DNA from: an uncultured Acidobacteriota bacterium
GTDB taxonomy: Bacteria > Acidobacteriota > Thermoanaerobaculia > Multivoradales > UBA5704
Direction: 5' to 3'
Length of the DNA stretch: 64,000 nt
Assembly (NCBI GenBank): GCA_963770895.1
Contig: CAVYRF010000001.1
Coordinates: forward strand, 736,001-800,000
The position numbers and the translations under genes are program-made. This document shows, piece by piece, positions 9,297 to 17,879 of the stretch. Position 1 is the stretch's first letter; each line of letters begins with the position of its first letter. Under the pieces are notes generated by a model. It searched no databases, was not told the origin of the DNA, and saw only the letters and a program-made list of their open reading frames with translations.

Positions 9297-11017
9297 CGGA
9301 CACCCAGCCCGACAGGCTGCCGGCAGCGAAGCTGCCGCTGCGGCACGGCGCCTATGCGTGGCAGACGCGCTGGCGCCCCGGCGAGCTCGCCACCGCCCGC
9401 TTCATGCCCATGGGCCTCCACCTGGAGCTGGTCACCAACAGCCCGCCCCTCCTGGCTGCCGCCCGCCAGTGCTTCGGCGGCTACGGCGAGCCGGCGCCAG
9501 ACCGCCCCGTCGATCTCACCCTGAGGCTCTACCAGCACTCCGTCGACGCGCCGGCGCCAGGCGCTGGCGTCGCTACGACCGCCGCTACGTCCGGCCACCT
9601 CGCCACGGCAACGGCCGCCGCCGCCAACCCGGCCGGCACCGCCGGCCTCCCCGACCTGGCCAACACCGCCAACCCCGCCGACCAGGGGTTCAACGGGGGC
9701 AGCGTCGCGGCGATCCACCCAGTGAGGGCGGCTGCCCTCCCGGAGGCCGGGCCGCCCGGCGCCGCCACGTCCGGCAGCTGTGTCGCCGCAACCGCCGCCG
9801 GCGCCACCCCCGGCTCCGTCGCTGCAACCGCCATCCACGCCTCGACGACCGGCAACGCCGCTGCTGCAACCGCCATCGGCGCCGCCATGTCTGGCAGCTC
9901 TAGCGCAGCAACCGCTGCCGACGCTACGACCGGCAACTCCGCTGCTGCAGCCGCCATCGGCGCCGCCATGTCTGGCAGCTCTAGCGCAGCAACCGCTGCC
10001 GACGCTACGACCGGCAACTCCGCTGCTGCAGCCGCCATCGGCGCCGCCATGTCTGGCAGCTCCGTCGCCGCAACCGCTGCCGACGCTACGACCGGCAGCT
10101 CCAGTGCCGCAACCGCTGCCGACGCTACGACCGGCAGCTCTAGTGCAGCAACCGCTGGCGACGCCACGACCGGCAGCTCCGTCGCCGCCACCTCACCTGT
10201 CGCCGCGATGGCTGGTGCCGCCGCCGGCGGCCGGGACGTGCATTTCTTTGACGGCGGCGCCGCCGGCGCGCCGCTGTCCGCGCCGATCCTGCGCTGCGAG
10301 GGTCCGTATCTCTACCAGGCCAGCGGGTCTGACACGGTGATGGTGGCCGACCGCGGCGCCGGGGTCACCTTCGGCTACCTGGCCGCAGCGACCGTGGCCG
10401 ATGCAGCGCACCTCACCTGGCACTACCTGTGGCCGGCGGTTTCCTATCACCTGGAATGCCGCGGTTTTGCCGGAGTGCACGCCGCCGCCATCGCGCGGCG
10501 AGGCCGCGGGCTGCTGCTGCGCGGCCGCAGCGGCCAGGGCAAGACGACGCTCACCTATGCGGCCACCCGTCGCGGCTGGCAGGCCGTCAGCGAAGACATC
10601 GTATGGGTGGACGCCCGCGGCGCCACCTGGTGGGGCTCGCCCTGGACCTTCCACCTGCTGCCGGACGCCCGCCAGCTCTTTTCCGAGTTGAGCGGGCGCG
10701 GCGTCGCCCTGCAGCCCAACGGCGAAGTCAAAGTGGTGGTCGACATGGAATCCCTCTGGCCCGGCAGCACCCTGCCCAAGGCCGCGGCCGGCCCGGTGGT
10801 CATCCTGGAGCGCCGCCATGGCGGCACCAGCAGCCTGGTCACCCTCGACCCGGCCACAGCGCACCACGAATGGCTGGACGGCTGCGCCCGCCACGAGCGC
10901 CAGGCCCCCGGCTACGACCAGACGGTGGCGGACCTGCTCAGCAGAGGTTGCCACCGCCTCCACCTGGGAGACGACCTGGACGGCGCCCTGGACCTGTTGG
11001 AGCCGCTCCTGCCATGA
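9293..11017 (+). CDS. HPr kinase-related P-loop kinase with a long Ala/Ser/Thr repeat insertion
   Basis: VHAAAI...GLLLRGRSGQGKTTL...VSEDIV matches the HprK-like signature (H...GxSGxGKT...DD/ED); GTGA overlap with the upstream stop. Confidence 0.8.
   Translation: MTDTQPDRLPAAKLPLRHGAYAWQTRWRPGELATARFMPMGLHLELVTNSPPLLAAARQCFGGYGEPAPDRPVDLTLRLYQHSVDAPAPGAGVATTAATSGHLATATAAAANPAGTAGLPDLANTANPADQGFNGGSVAAIHPVRAAALPEAGPPGAATSGSCVAATAAGATPGSVAATAIHASTTGNAAAATAIGAAMSGSSSAATAADATTGNSAAAAAIGAAMSGSSSAATAADATTGNSAAAAAIGAAMSGSSVAATAADATTGSSSAATAADATTGSSSAATAGDATTGSSVAATSPVAAMAGAAAGGRDVHFFDGGAAGAPLSAPILRCEGPYLYQASGSDTVMVADRGAGVTFGYLAAATVADAAHLTWHYLWPAVSYHLECRGFAGVHAAAIARRGRGLLLRGRSGQGKTTLTYAATRRGWQAVSEDIVWVDARGATWWGSPWTFHLLPDARQLFSELSGRGVALQPNGEVKVVVDMESLWPGSTLPKAAAGPVVILERRHGGTSSLVTLDPATAHHEWLDGCARHERQAPGYDQTVADLLSRGCHRLHLGDDLDGALDLLEPLLP
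9770..10200 (+). repeat. Intragenic tandem repeat (81-bp and 39-bp units)
   Basis: TTGNSAAAAAIGAAMSGSSSAATAADA about 3 times, then TTGSSSAATAADA about 3 times; near-identical at DNA level. Confidence 0.85.
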
Positions 11018-12201
11018 CGCTCGAAGCAATCGCGGACCAGGAGGCTACACCGCCTGCCGCCGCCGCCGCTGCCGGCGGGTCGCCTTCCGCCGCCGTCGCC
11101 GGTGGCGAGCCGCCACCCGGCGCTGCAGGAGACGCCGGGCGTCTGGCGTGGATGTGCGAGCGGCTGGCCGTTTGGGTGGTCGCCCCGCCGCCGCAGCCGC
11201 CGCCGGCGTGGCCGGCCGCGGCGTGGGAGGACTTTCGTGCCGCCACGCAGGTCCACGGCGTCGGCCCGCTGCTGGGGCGGCGCCTGGGCGACCGCCAGCC
11301 ATGGTCGCAGGCGGCAGCCTGGCTTGGCGCCGAGCATGCCGCCAACCGCTTGCGCGTCGAGCGTCTGCACCAGGACTTGCGCGCGATCCTGGCGCGCTTT
11401 GCCGCCGCGGACGTGCCGCTCATGCCGCTCAAGGGCGCGGTGCTGGGGCCGCTCTATTATTCCGACCCCGCGGAGCGGCCAATGGCCGACCTGGACCTGC
11501 TGGTGCGCGCCGAAACGCTGGCGCAGAGCGCCCAGCTGCTGGTCGACATCGGCTATGAGGTGGTCTTTGAAGGCCGCAAACACGTCAAGCTGGCGCCGCG
11601 CGGCGGCCGTCGCCGCCCGGTCAGCGACGCCGGCGGCGCCAGCGACGGCGACGTTGGCGCCGACGCCGGTGGTAGCCCCGGCCCCGGCCCCGGCGACCAC
11701 GAGGCGGCCGGCGAGCACCCCGACAACCCGCGCTGGGTCGAGCTGCATCCGGCCTGCGGCGAATGGCTGGGGGACGAGCGCATCGATCTGACCGGCCCGA
11801 TCTGGGCCGGCGCCCGCCGGCAGCCGCTGCTGGGCGAGCCGGCCTGGCTGCCCGACCCGGCGACCCATTGGCTCTACCTGTTGGTGCATGCCACCCACCA
11901 CATCCTGATCAATCGCTTCCGTCTCATCCAGCTGCTCGACCTGCTGCTGCTTTGCCCGACGGACCTGTTGGGCGCCGCCCTCCAGGTCGAGCCGCCCGCC
12001 GCCGCGGCCGCCATGGCGCGCGCCCTGTACCCGCCTCTCGCGCTCCTCCAACGGTACTTCCCGGCGGGCGCCACCGCCGCCGCGACGGCCCTGCGCCAGG
12101 ACTTGCGCGCGCGGCTGGCGCCCGGCTACGCGGCCTGGGCCGACGGCCTGGACCTGTTCCAGGCTTGCTATCTCGACGCCGCGCCGTGGAGGGCGCCATG
12201 A
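11014..12201 (+). CDS. Uncharacterised nucleotidyltransferase (NTP_transf_5-like)
   Basis: PLKGAVL..YY...ERPMADLDLLV...VELH...LLVHATHH...LLDL; ATGA overlap. Confidence 0.85.
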   Translation: MTLEAIADQEATPPAAAAAAGGSPSAAVAGGEPPPGAAGDAGRLAWMCERLAVWVVAPPPQPPPAWPAAAWEDFRAATQVHGVGPLLGRRLGDRQPWSQAAAWLGAEHAANRLRVERLHQDLRAILARFAAADVPLMPLKGAVLGPLYYSDPAERPMADLDLLVRAETLAQSAQLLVDIGYEVVFEGRKHVKLAPRGGRRRPVSDAGGASDGDVGADAGGSPGPGPGDHEAAGEHPDNPRWVELHPACGEWLGDERIDLTGPIWAGARRQPLLGEPAWLPDPATHWLYLLVHATHHILINRFRLIQLLDLLLLCPTDLLGAALQVEPPAAAAAMARALYPPLALLQRYFPAGATAAATALRQDLRARLAPGYAAWADGLDLFQACYLDAAPWRAP

Positions 12202-12385
12202 GCGAGCCTGGCGCCGTCAGCGAGCCGGGCACCGTCGGCGAGCAGGGTGCCGTCAGCGAGCCGGGCGCCGCCAGCGAGCCGGGCACCGTCAGCGAGCAGG
12301 GCGCCGTCAGCGGGCCGGGCGCGGTCAGAGCGCGGGGCGCCGTCAGTGGGCCGCGCGGCATGAGCGGTCAAGGCGCCATGAGCGA
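12198..12385 (+). repeat. 18-bp tandem repeat, about 10 degenerate copies
   Basis: agcgagc(c/a)gggc(g/a)ccgtc units encoding SEPGAV/SEPGTV/SEQGAV. Confidence 0.8.
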
Positions 12386-13628
12386 GCGCCCGGTGGTGGT
12401 GGTGGTGGGCGACGCCGTGGCGCCCACCGGCTTCGCGCGCGTGCTGCACAGCATTCTGGGGCGGCTCGCCGACCGTTACGAGTTCCATCACCTGGGGGTC
12501 AACTACGGCGGCCAGCCGCACGAGCACGCCTGGCAGATCTATCCCGCGGACGGCGGCGGCGACCTGCACGGCGTGCGGCGCGTGCGCGACCTGGTGGAAA
12601 AGGTGCGGCCCCGCCTCGTCTTCCTGCTCAACGACCCCTGGCTGATGGGCGGCTACCTCGACGCCTTGGGCGATTGCCGCGCCGGCATCAAGGTGATCGC
12701 CTACGCGCCGGTCGACGCCGGCCCGCTGGAGGCGGAGCTGGTGGCGCCGCTCACCGGCCTGGATCACCTGGTGCTCTATACCCGCTACGGCCTGCAGGAA
12801 ATGGAGGCGTCGGCGGCGCAGCTGCGCCGCCTGCGCCCCGACGCGGCCGCCTTCCCGGCGCTGTCGGTCGTGCCGCACGGCGTCGATTCGGACCTCTTCC
12901 GCCCGCTCGCCGGCCCGCCCACGGCGGCGGCGCCCGGCGACTTTGCCGCCTCCCGCGCCGCGGCGCGCCGCCAGCTGTTCGTCGACCCGGCGCTGCACGA
13001 CGCCTGGATCGTCTTGAACGCCAACCGCAACCAGCCGCGCAAGCGCATCGACGCGACGATCAAGGGCTTCGCGCTCTTTGCGCGCGACAAGCCGCCCAAC
13101 GTCCGCCTCTACCTGCACATGGGGATGGTCGATTGCGGCTGGAACGTGGTCGCCCTGGCGCGCCGTCACGGCATCGAAGACCGGCTCATCCTGACCGCCG
13201 AGGAGCACTTCCTGCCGGCGGTCGCCGACGATCTGCTCAACCAGATCTACAACGCCTGCGACGTGGGCATCAACACCTCCCTGGGCGAGGGCTGGGGCCT
13301 GGTCAACCTGGAGCACGCCGCCACCGGCGCCGCCCAGGTGGTGCCCCGCCACAGCGCCTGCGCCGAGATCTGGGACGGCGCCGCCGAGCTCGTCGAGCCC
13401 GTCGCCAGCCTCACCATGGAAGGCCTGCTGACCGAAGGCCGCCTGGTCGGCCCCGAAGGGGTCGCCCGCGCCCTCGATCGCCTGTACACCGATCCCTCCC
13501 ACCTGCGCCGGCTGTCCGCCGCCGCCTACCAGGTCGCCACCCGCCCCGAATACCGCTGGGACGACGTCGCCCGCCGCTGGGACGATCTCTTCCAGCAGAT
13601 GCTGGCGGCCACCCCCACTGCCGTCTGA
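12198..13628 (+). CDS. GT-B glycosyltransferase (GT4-like) with N-terminal SEPGAV repeats
   Basis: GDAVAPTGFARV, NANRNQPRKRID and NTSLGEGWGLVNLEHAATG (EX7E motif). Confidence 0.88.
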   Translation: MSEPGAVSEPGTVGEQGAVSEPGAASEPGTVSEQGAVSGPGAVRARGAVSGPRGMSGQGAMSERPVVVVVGDAVAPTGFARVLHSILGRLADRYEFHHLGVNYGGQPHEHAWQIYPADGGGDLHGVRRVRDLVEKVRPRLVFLLNDPWLMGGYLDALGDCRAGIKVIAYAPVDAGPLEAELVAPLTGLDHLVLYTRYGLQEMEASAAQLRRLRPDAAAFPALSVVPHGVDSDLFRPLAGPPTAAAPGDFAASRAAARRQLFVDPALHDAWIVLNANRNQPRKRIDATIKGFALFARDKPPNVRLYLHMGMVDCGWNVVALARRHGIEDRLILTAEEHFLPAVADDLLNQIYNACDVGINTSLGEGWGLVNLEHAATGAAQVVPRHSACAEIWDGAAELVEPVASLTMEGLLTEGRLVGPEGVARALDRLYTDPSHLRRLSAAAYQVATRPEYRWDDVARRWDDLFQQMLAATPTAV

Positions 13629-13672
13629 GAAAATCGCCGTTGATCTGACCCGCTACCACCGCCCCAGACCAC

Positions 13673-13702
13673 TAGACGTGCGATCGGGGGGCGTGGTATC
13701 TT
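13673..13702 (+). promoter_or_regulatory. Candidate sigma70 promoter of the 101-aa protein gene
   Basis: TAGACG-18-TATCTT with an extended -10 TG; GAGGAGG RBS at 13752-13758. Confidence 0.45.
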
Positions 13703-13763
13703 CTAAAACAAGCAGACCAATGTCGTCCTTCGATCCTGTTTGGATGGGGGAGAGGAGGTAAGC

Positions 13764-14069
13764 GTGGCGATTACGGTTGTCAATCAGTCGGTCGGTGCTC
13801 TGTCCTATACCGTGTTCGGCGGCTCGACTTCGGGTTCGGGCACGGGCGGGTCGGGCAGCAAGGGTTCGGGAACCACGGGCTCCGGTACCCACGGCTCGGG
13901 CGGCGGCTCGGGTGTCGTGGCTTCGGGCGTCGTCGGTCCGGGTGGCACCGCGTCCGGGATCCAGGTGGGTGCAGGCTCCTATACCGTGGTCTTCGGGTGG
14001 AAAACCTTCCCCAGCTACACGGTTTCGGCCTCGGGTGTGGTCAAGGTGACGACGACCGTCCAGCCGTAG
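13764..14069 (+). CDS. 101-aa Gly/Ser/Thr/Val-rich protein; candidate substrate or precursor of the cluster
   Basis: GTG start 5 nt after GAGGAGG; six GSG units; SYTV three times; no Asp, Glu, Cys or Arg. Confidence 0.8.
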   Translation: MAITVVNQSVGALSYTVFGGSTSGSGTGGSGSKGSGTTGSGTHGSGGGSGVVASGVVGPGGTASGIQVGAGSYTVVFGWKTFPSYTVSASGVVKVTTTVQP

Positions 14070-14101
14070 CGCGTTCCGAACGGTTGCCAGCGCGGCGCGG
14101 C

Positions 14102-15136
14102 GTGTCCAGACCTTCGCTGTTCGTCGTCTCGCTGCCGCGCTCTCTTTCGACGCTGCTCTACCACGCGATCCGCCAATCGCTGGCGTTGCGTGAGCCGCAG
14201 TGGACGACGGACGGGGAGATCCTCAACGTCCGTCGCTTTGCCTTTCTGGCGGAGGAGGGCGCGGTCGAGGGGGTGCGCTACGTCCAGCGCGATCACGACG
14301 GGCCGCGCTTCGCGAAGCTCCTGGCCTTCCTCGACCAGGTGACCCAGGCTCAAGGCTTTGCCTACAAAGACGTCATCCAGCCCTTCGTCGTCGGCGAATG
14401 GCTGGCGCGCCAGAGCGCTCCGCCGGTGGGCGTGAACCGGCCCGCTGCAGCGGCCTCCTCCTCAGCCGCTGCCGAAGGCGCCACCGCCGCTGCGGCCGCC
14501 GCCGAGCGGCGCCGCTCGGCGTCATCGCCGAACAGCCCCGCACGCCCCACACCAGCGGCGCCAGCCCCCGCGGCCGTCTCTGCCTCCAGCGCTGCGGCAC
14601 CCGCCCCGCGCGTCCTGGTCATCGACCGGCCGGTGCCTGACGTGGCCGCCTCGTTGCTCGATCGCGGCTGGCTGTATCCAGCGCTGGCCGCCGACGGCGC
14701 GGCGGCGCTTCCAGAGGCCGCGCGCGCGGTGGTCGCCGGTGCCCACACCGCCGACCTGTCGGCATTCCTCCCGCCCGACCAGGTGGAACGGGCGCTGGTG
14801 TCCGGCTTGCTGCGCGCCCGCCGGACCCTGGCCCGCCTGGCGGACCCGCCCCCGGCATGCGCCAGCCGGTGGGTGGTCTACGACCAGCTGATCCACGACG
14901 AAGCGCCCTTGCATCAGGCCTTGCAGGCGCTCTACGGCGAAGACGTCCCGCCGCCCGCCTATCTGGACGACGAGTTCTGTCGCCAGCGCGATCAGGTGCT
15001 GCGCCGCCGCGCCAGCCCGCTCTACCAGCGCCTGCAGGCGCTCAGCGACGAGCTGGCGACCACGATGCTGGCCGCGCCGCCGGCCGCCGCCATCGGCGCC
15101 GGCGTCGCCGCGGCGCCACGGCGCCGCACGCAGTAG
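14102..15136 (+). CDS. Sulfotransferase-like P-loop protein
   Basis: N-terminal LFVVSLPRSLST resembles the 5'-PAPS-binding motif (GxPRSGT); later RPVPDVAAS and YDQLI match the sulfotransferase layout. Confidence 0.55.
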   Translation: MSRPSLFVVSLPRSLSTLLYHAIRQSLALREPQWTTDGEILNVRRFAFLAEEGAVEGVRYVQRDHDGPRFAKLLAFLDQVTQAQGFAYKDVIQPFVVGEWLARQSAPPVGVNRPAAAASSSAAAEGATAAAAAAERRRSASSPNSPARPTPAAPAPAAVSASSAAAPAPRVLVIDRPVPDVAASLLDRGWLYPALAADGAAALPEAARAVVAGAHTADLSAFLPPDQVERALVSGLLRARRTLARLADPPPACASRWVVYDQLIHDEAPLHQALQALYGEDVPPPAYLDDEFCRQRDQVLRRRASPLYQRLQALSDELATTMLAAPPAAAIGAGVAAAPRRRTQ

Positions 15137-15160
15137 CCACCTGCAACACGCTCCGCTCAC

Positions 15161-15341
15161 CGCTCGCCTTCACGGCTCGCGGTTCGCCACCTGCCTCTTG
15201 CGGTTCGCCGCTCGCCCTTCACGGCCCGCGGTTCGCCACCCGCCTCTTGCGGTTCGCCGCTCGCCTTCACGGCTCGCGGTTCGCCACCCGCCGGTTGCGG
15301 TTCGCCGTTGCCGCGGCTCGCGGTTCGCCACCCGCCGGCGG
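15161..15341. repeat. Intergenic tandem repeat, ~48-bp unit, about 3.7 copies
   Basis: Unit cgctcgccttcacggctcgcggttcgccacc(t/c)gcctcttgcggttcgc; seven copies of GCGGTTCGCC; lies between convergent genes. Confidence 0.85.
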
Positions 15342-15375
15342 CCTTCGACTGGCGGCCTGAGAGGGCGCCGGCGGA

Positions 15376-16800
15376 TCAGGACAGGCGTTGTGCCGGGCGC
15401 AGGAAGTTGGCGACCTGCTTTTCGATCGGGGCGGCGTAAAAGTCGCGGTCGCAGCGCCAGCGGGCCAGCGCGCGCAGCGGCCGGCTCCAGGGTCGGCCGG
15501 AATCCCAGGCCAGCTGCTGGAAGAATTTGAAGCGCTCGATCAGCCGGTACTTTTCGGGCGACACCCACGGACCGATCGAGCCCACGAAGTCAAATTCGCT
15601 CCATTCGTCCAGCGTGCAGGGGAGGGTGAAGCCGGCGGCCACCGCGTTCTGGGTGATCGAGGTGCCGGGATAGGGTTTGAAATAGAAAATCGGCGTCTGG
15701 AAGTCGGGGCTCATGGCGCGCAGCCGCTTGACCACCTGCAGGGTGGCGCGCACGTTGTCCTCGGTCTCTTCCGGGAAGCCGACGATGAAGGGGAAGTTGA
15801 CCGCCACGCCGAACTTGCGACAGCGCTCGGCGACAAAAAAGACCTGCTCCAGCTTGATGTCTTTTTTGATGCGATCCATCATTTCCTGCGAGCCCGATTC
15901 GACGCCGACCAGCAGGCGGCGCAGCCCCGAGCGCTTGCACTTGGCGAAGACCTCTTCGCTCATGCGCTGGCCCTGGTCGGCGCGCATGGTGGCGGCCCAG
16001 GTGATGGGGAGCTTGCGGCGGATGAGCTCTTCGGCGACCGCTTCGACGCGCTGGGCGTAGGTGAAAAAGGTTTCGTCCTGGAAGTTCACGTCGTCGTAGC
16101 GCGAGCGGTGCCACAGCGCTTCGAGCTCTTCGCCCATGCGCTCGGGCGACAGGCCGGTCCACTTGCGCTGGTAGACGAACGGATCGGCGCAAAAGGCGCA
16201 GCGGAAAGCGCACCCCTGCGACGAGATGTAATCCAGCTGGCGCTTGCCCTTGAGGCGATAGTACGGTTCGATGTCGATCAGGCCGTAGTTGTGGACCGCC
16301 AGGGTGTTGACGTCGGCCAGCGGGCGGGCCGTGTTCACCTGCGCGGCGCCGTCCTCGCGGTAGGTGCAACCCTGGCAGCCGGTCAGTGGCCGCCCTTCAG
16401 CCAGGCGCTCGACGATCTCGGCAAAGGTGATTTCCCCCTGGCCTTGCACGGTCACGTCGACGCTCGGTTCCGCCAGGCATTCGCGGCCGAACATCGACGG
16501 GTGCCAGCCGCCCCAGACGACCGGCAGGTCGGCGCGGCTGGCCTTGGCGGCGCGGCTGGCCGCAACCGCGTCGGCGATCGGCGCCCCGGTGAGCACCGTG
16601 ACGCCCAGGCAGAGCGCGCCTTCCAGCTCCGCCACCAGGGCGCGGTGTGCCGCTTCGGGGTTTTTGGCCAACCGGGCGTCCACGACCACCACCTGGTAGC
16701 GCTCGGGATCGAGGTGCGATCCGATGGTGAGCAGCGCCAGCGGCATGGTGTAAAAGACCGCGGTCGGGTTGTACAGCACGATTTTGTGGCGGCGACTCAT
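15376..16800 (-). CDS. Cobalamin-dependent radical SAM enzyme 2
   Basis: IVLYNP..MPLALL..WGGWHPS..GQGE, CAFRCAFC, QDETF, GVESGS. Confidence 0.92.
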   Translation of the reverse strand: MSRRHKIVLYNPTAVFYTMPLALLTIGSHLDPERYQVVVVDARLAKNPEAAHRALVAELEGALCLGVTVLTGAPIADAVAASRAAKASRADLPVVWGGWHPSMFGRECLAEPSVDVTVQGQGEITFAEIVERLAEGRPLTGCQGCTYREDGAAQVNTARPLADVNTLAVHNYGLIDIEPYYRLKGKRQLDYISSQGCAFRCAFCADPFVYQRKWTGLSPERMGEELEALWHRSRYDDVNFQDETFFTYAQRVEAVAEELIRRKLPITWAATMRADQGQRMSEEVFAKCKRSGLRRLLVGVESGSQEMMDRIKKDIKLEQVFFVAERCRKFGVAVNFPFIVGFPEETEDNVRATLQVVKRLRAMSPDFQTPIFYFKPYPGTSITQNAVAAGFTLPCTLDEWSEFDFVGSIGPWVSPEKYRLIERFKFFQQLAWDSGRPWSRPLRALARWRCDRDFYAAPIEKQVANFLRPAQRLS

Positions 16801-17879
16801 AAGGGCTCCGGGGTCAATGCCAGCGTGCAGACGCATTTGCGACAGATCGCATCGCGGTCGGTGTCCAGGCCGCGGCGCCAGGCGAGCGCCTGCGGCGAAT
16901 TGACGATCGCGTCCAGGCTTGCCGCCTGCCGCAGGTTGCCGAGCGGCGGCTGGAAGAAGCACGGCCGCACCGTGCCGTCGGCTTCGATCACCGTCGACAC
17001 CCACGGCGCGTTGCAGCGATGCGGCGGAAAATCGCCGTGGCCGCACAGTGCGGCGTAGTAGTCGTAGAGCCGCGCCCGCAGCTTCGCCGCGCCCTCGACG
17101 ATGAAGCCGGATGCGAAGTCGGCCGCGTGCTCGCGTTCCAGGGCGTCCAGCTCGCCGGCCAGCCGCGGCAGCTCCTCTTCGAGCAGCGCCACCTGGCCGG
17201 CGCGCGCCGCTTCCCAGGGCTGCGGCCGGTTGAAGGCGTCGCTGCTGACGTCGGCGGCCAGCAGGCTCAACCAGTTCAGGCCGATCGCGCGGGCCGCCGT
17301 GACGGTGCCGCGCAGGTGGGCGAAGTTGGCCCGCTGGACGGTGCAGCGCCCGCCGATCGTCAGCTGAGGCGCGGCTTGGCGCACCGCCGCCACCCCGTCG
17401 GCCAGCTTGGCGAAAGCGCGCGGCAGGTTGCGGATGTGATCGTGCACGGGCTGCGGCCCGTCCAGGCTGACGATCACTTCGGAGCAGTAGGCGGCGACCT
17501 GGGTCGCGTCGCGCCGCAGCAGCAGACCGGTGGACAGCAGGGTGATCGCGATGCCGGCGCGCCGCAGGTGCTCGCACATCTCCCACAGGTTGCGGTGCAG
17601 CAGCGCTTCGCCGCCCGACAGCGCGACCTGGCGCACCCCCATGCGCTGCCATTCGGCAACCCACTGTGCCACCTCGGCCGCGCCCAGCTCCTGCTTGCCC
17701 GGATCGCGCCAGATGTCGCACATCAGGCAGCGGCAGTTGCAGCGGCTGTGCGGGAACAGGATGACGATCGGCAGCCGCTCGACCGGTTGGGGCCGCGGCA
17801 ACCCGTCGGCCGCCCCGCCGCTCCACGCGTTGGCCGGCAGCTCGGCGGCCGGCAGCACCGGAAGCACGGTCGAGCTCAC
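16797..17879 (-). CDS. Radical SAM protein with C-terminal SPASM/twitch-type domain
   Basis: CNCRCLMC, SGGEALL, VSLDG; C-terminal CNAPW...ADGTVRPCFF...CRKCVC. Confidence 0.9.
   Translation of the reverse strand: MSSTVLPVLPAAELPANAWSGGAADGLPRPQPVERLPIVILFPHSRCNCRCLMCDIWRDPGKQELGAAEVAQWVAEWQRMGVRQVALSGGEALLHRNLWEMCEHLRRAGIAITLLSTGLLLRRDATQVAAYCSEVIVSLDGPQPVHDHIRNLPRAFAKLADGVAAVRQAAPQLTIGGRCTVQRANFAHLRGTVTAARAIGLNWLSLLAADVSSDAFNRPQPWEAARAGQVALLEEELPRLAGELDALEREHAADFASGFIVEGAAKLRARLYDYYAALCGHGDFPPHRCNAPWVSTVIEADGTVRPCFFQPPLGNLRQAASLDAIVNSPQALAWRRGLDTDRDAICRKCVCTLALTPEPL

Noticed and set aside
9293-15136. Lasso peptide cluster (kinase + nucleotidyltransferase + sulfotransferase, with asnB as cyclase)
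   Set aside because: No B1/RRE or B2 protease gene and no lasso-type precursor (the 101-aa protein has no Asp/Glu for a macrolactam). The asnB is about 29 kb away and keeps an intact N-terminal Cys glutaminase domain.
15161-15341. CRISPR array
   Set aside because: The sequences between the 10-bp cores are themselves repeated, so there are no unique spacers; no cas genes are present.
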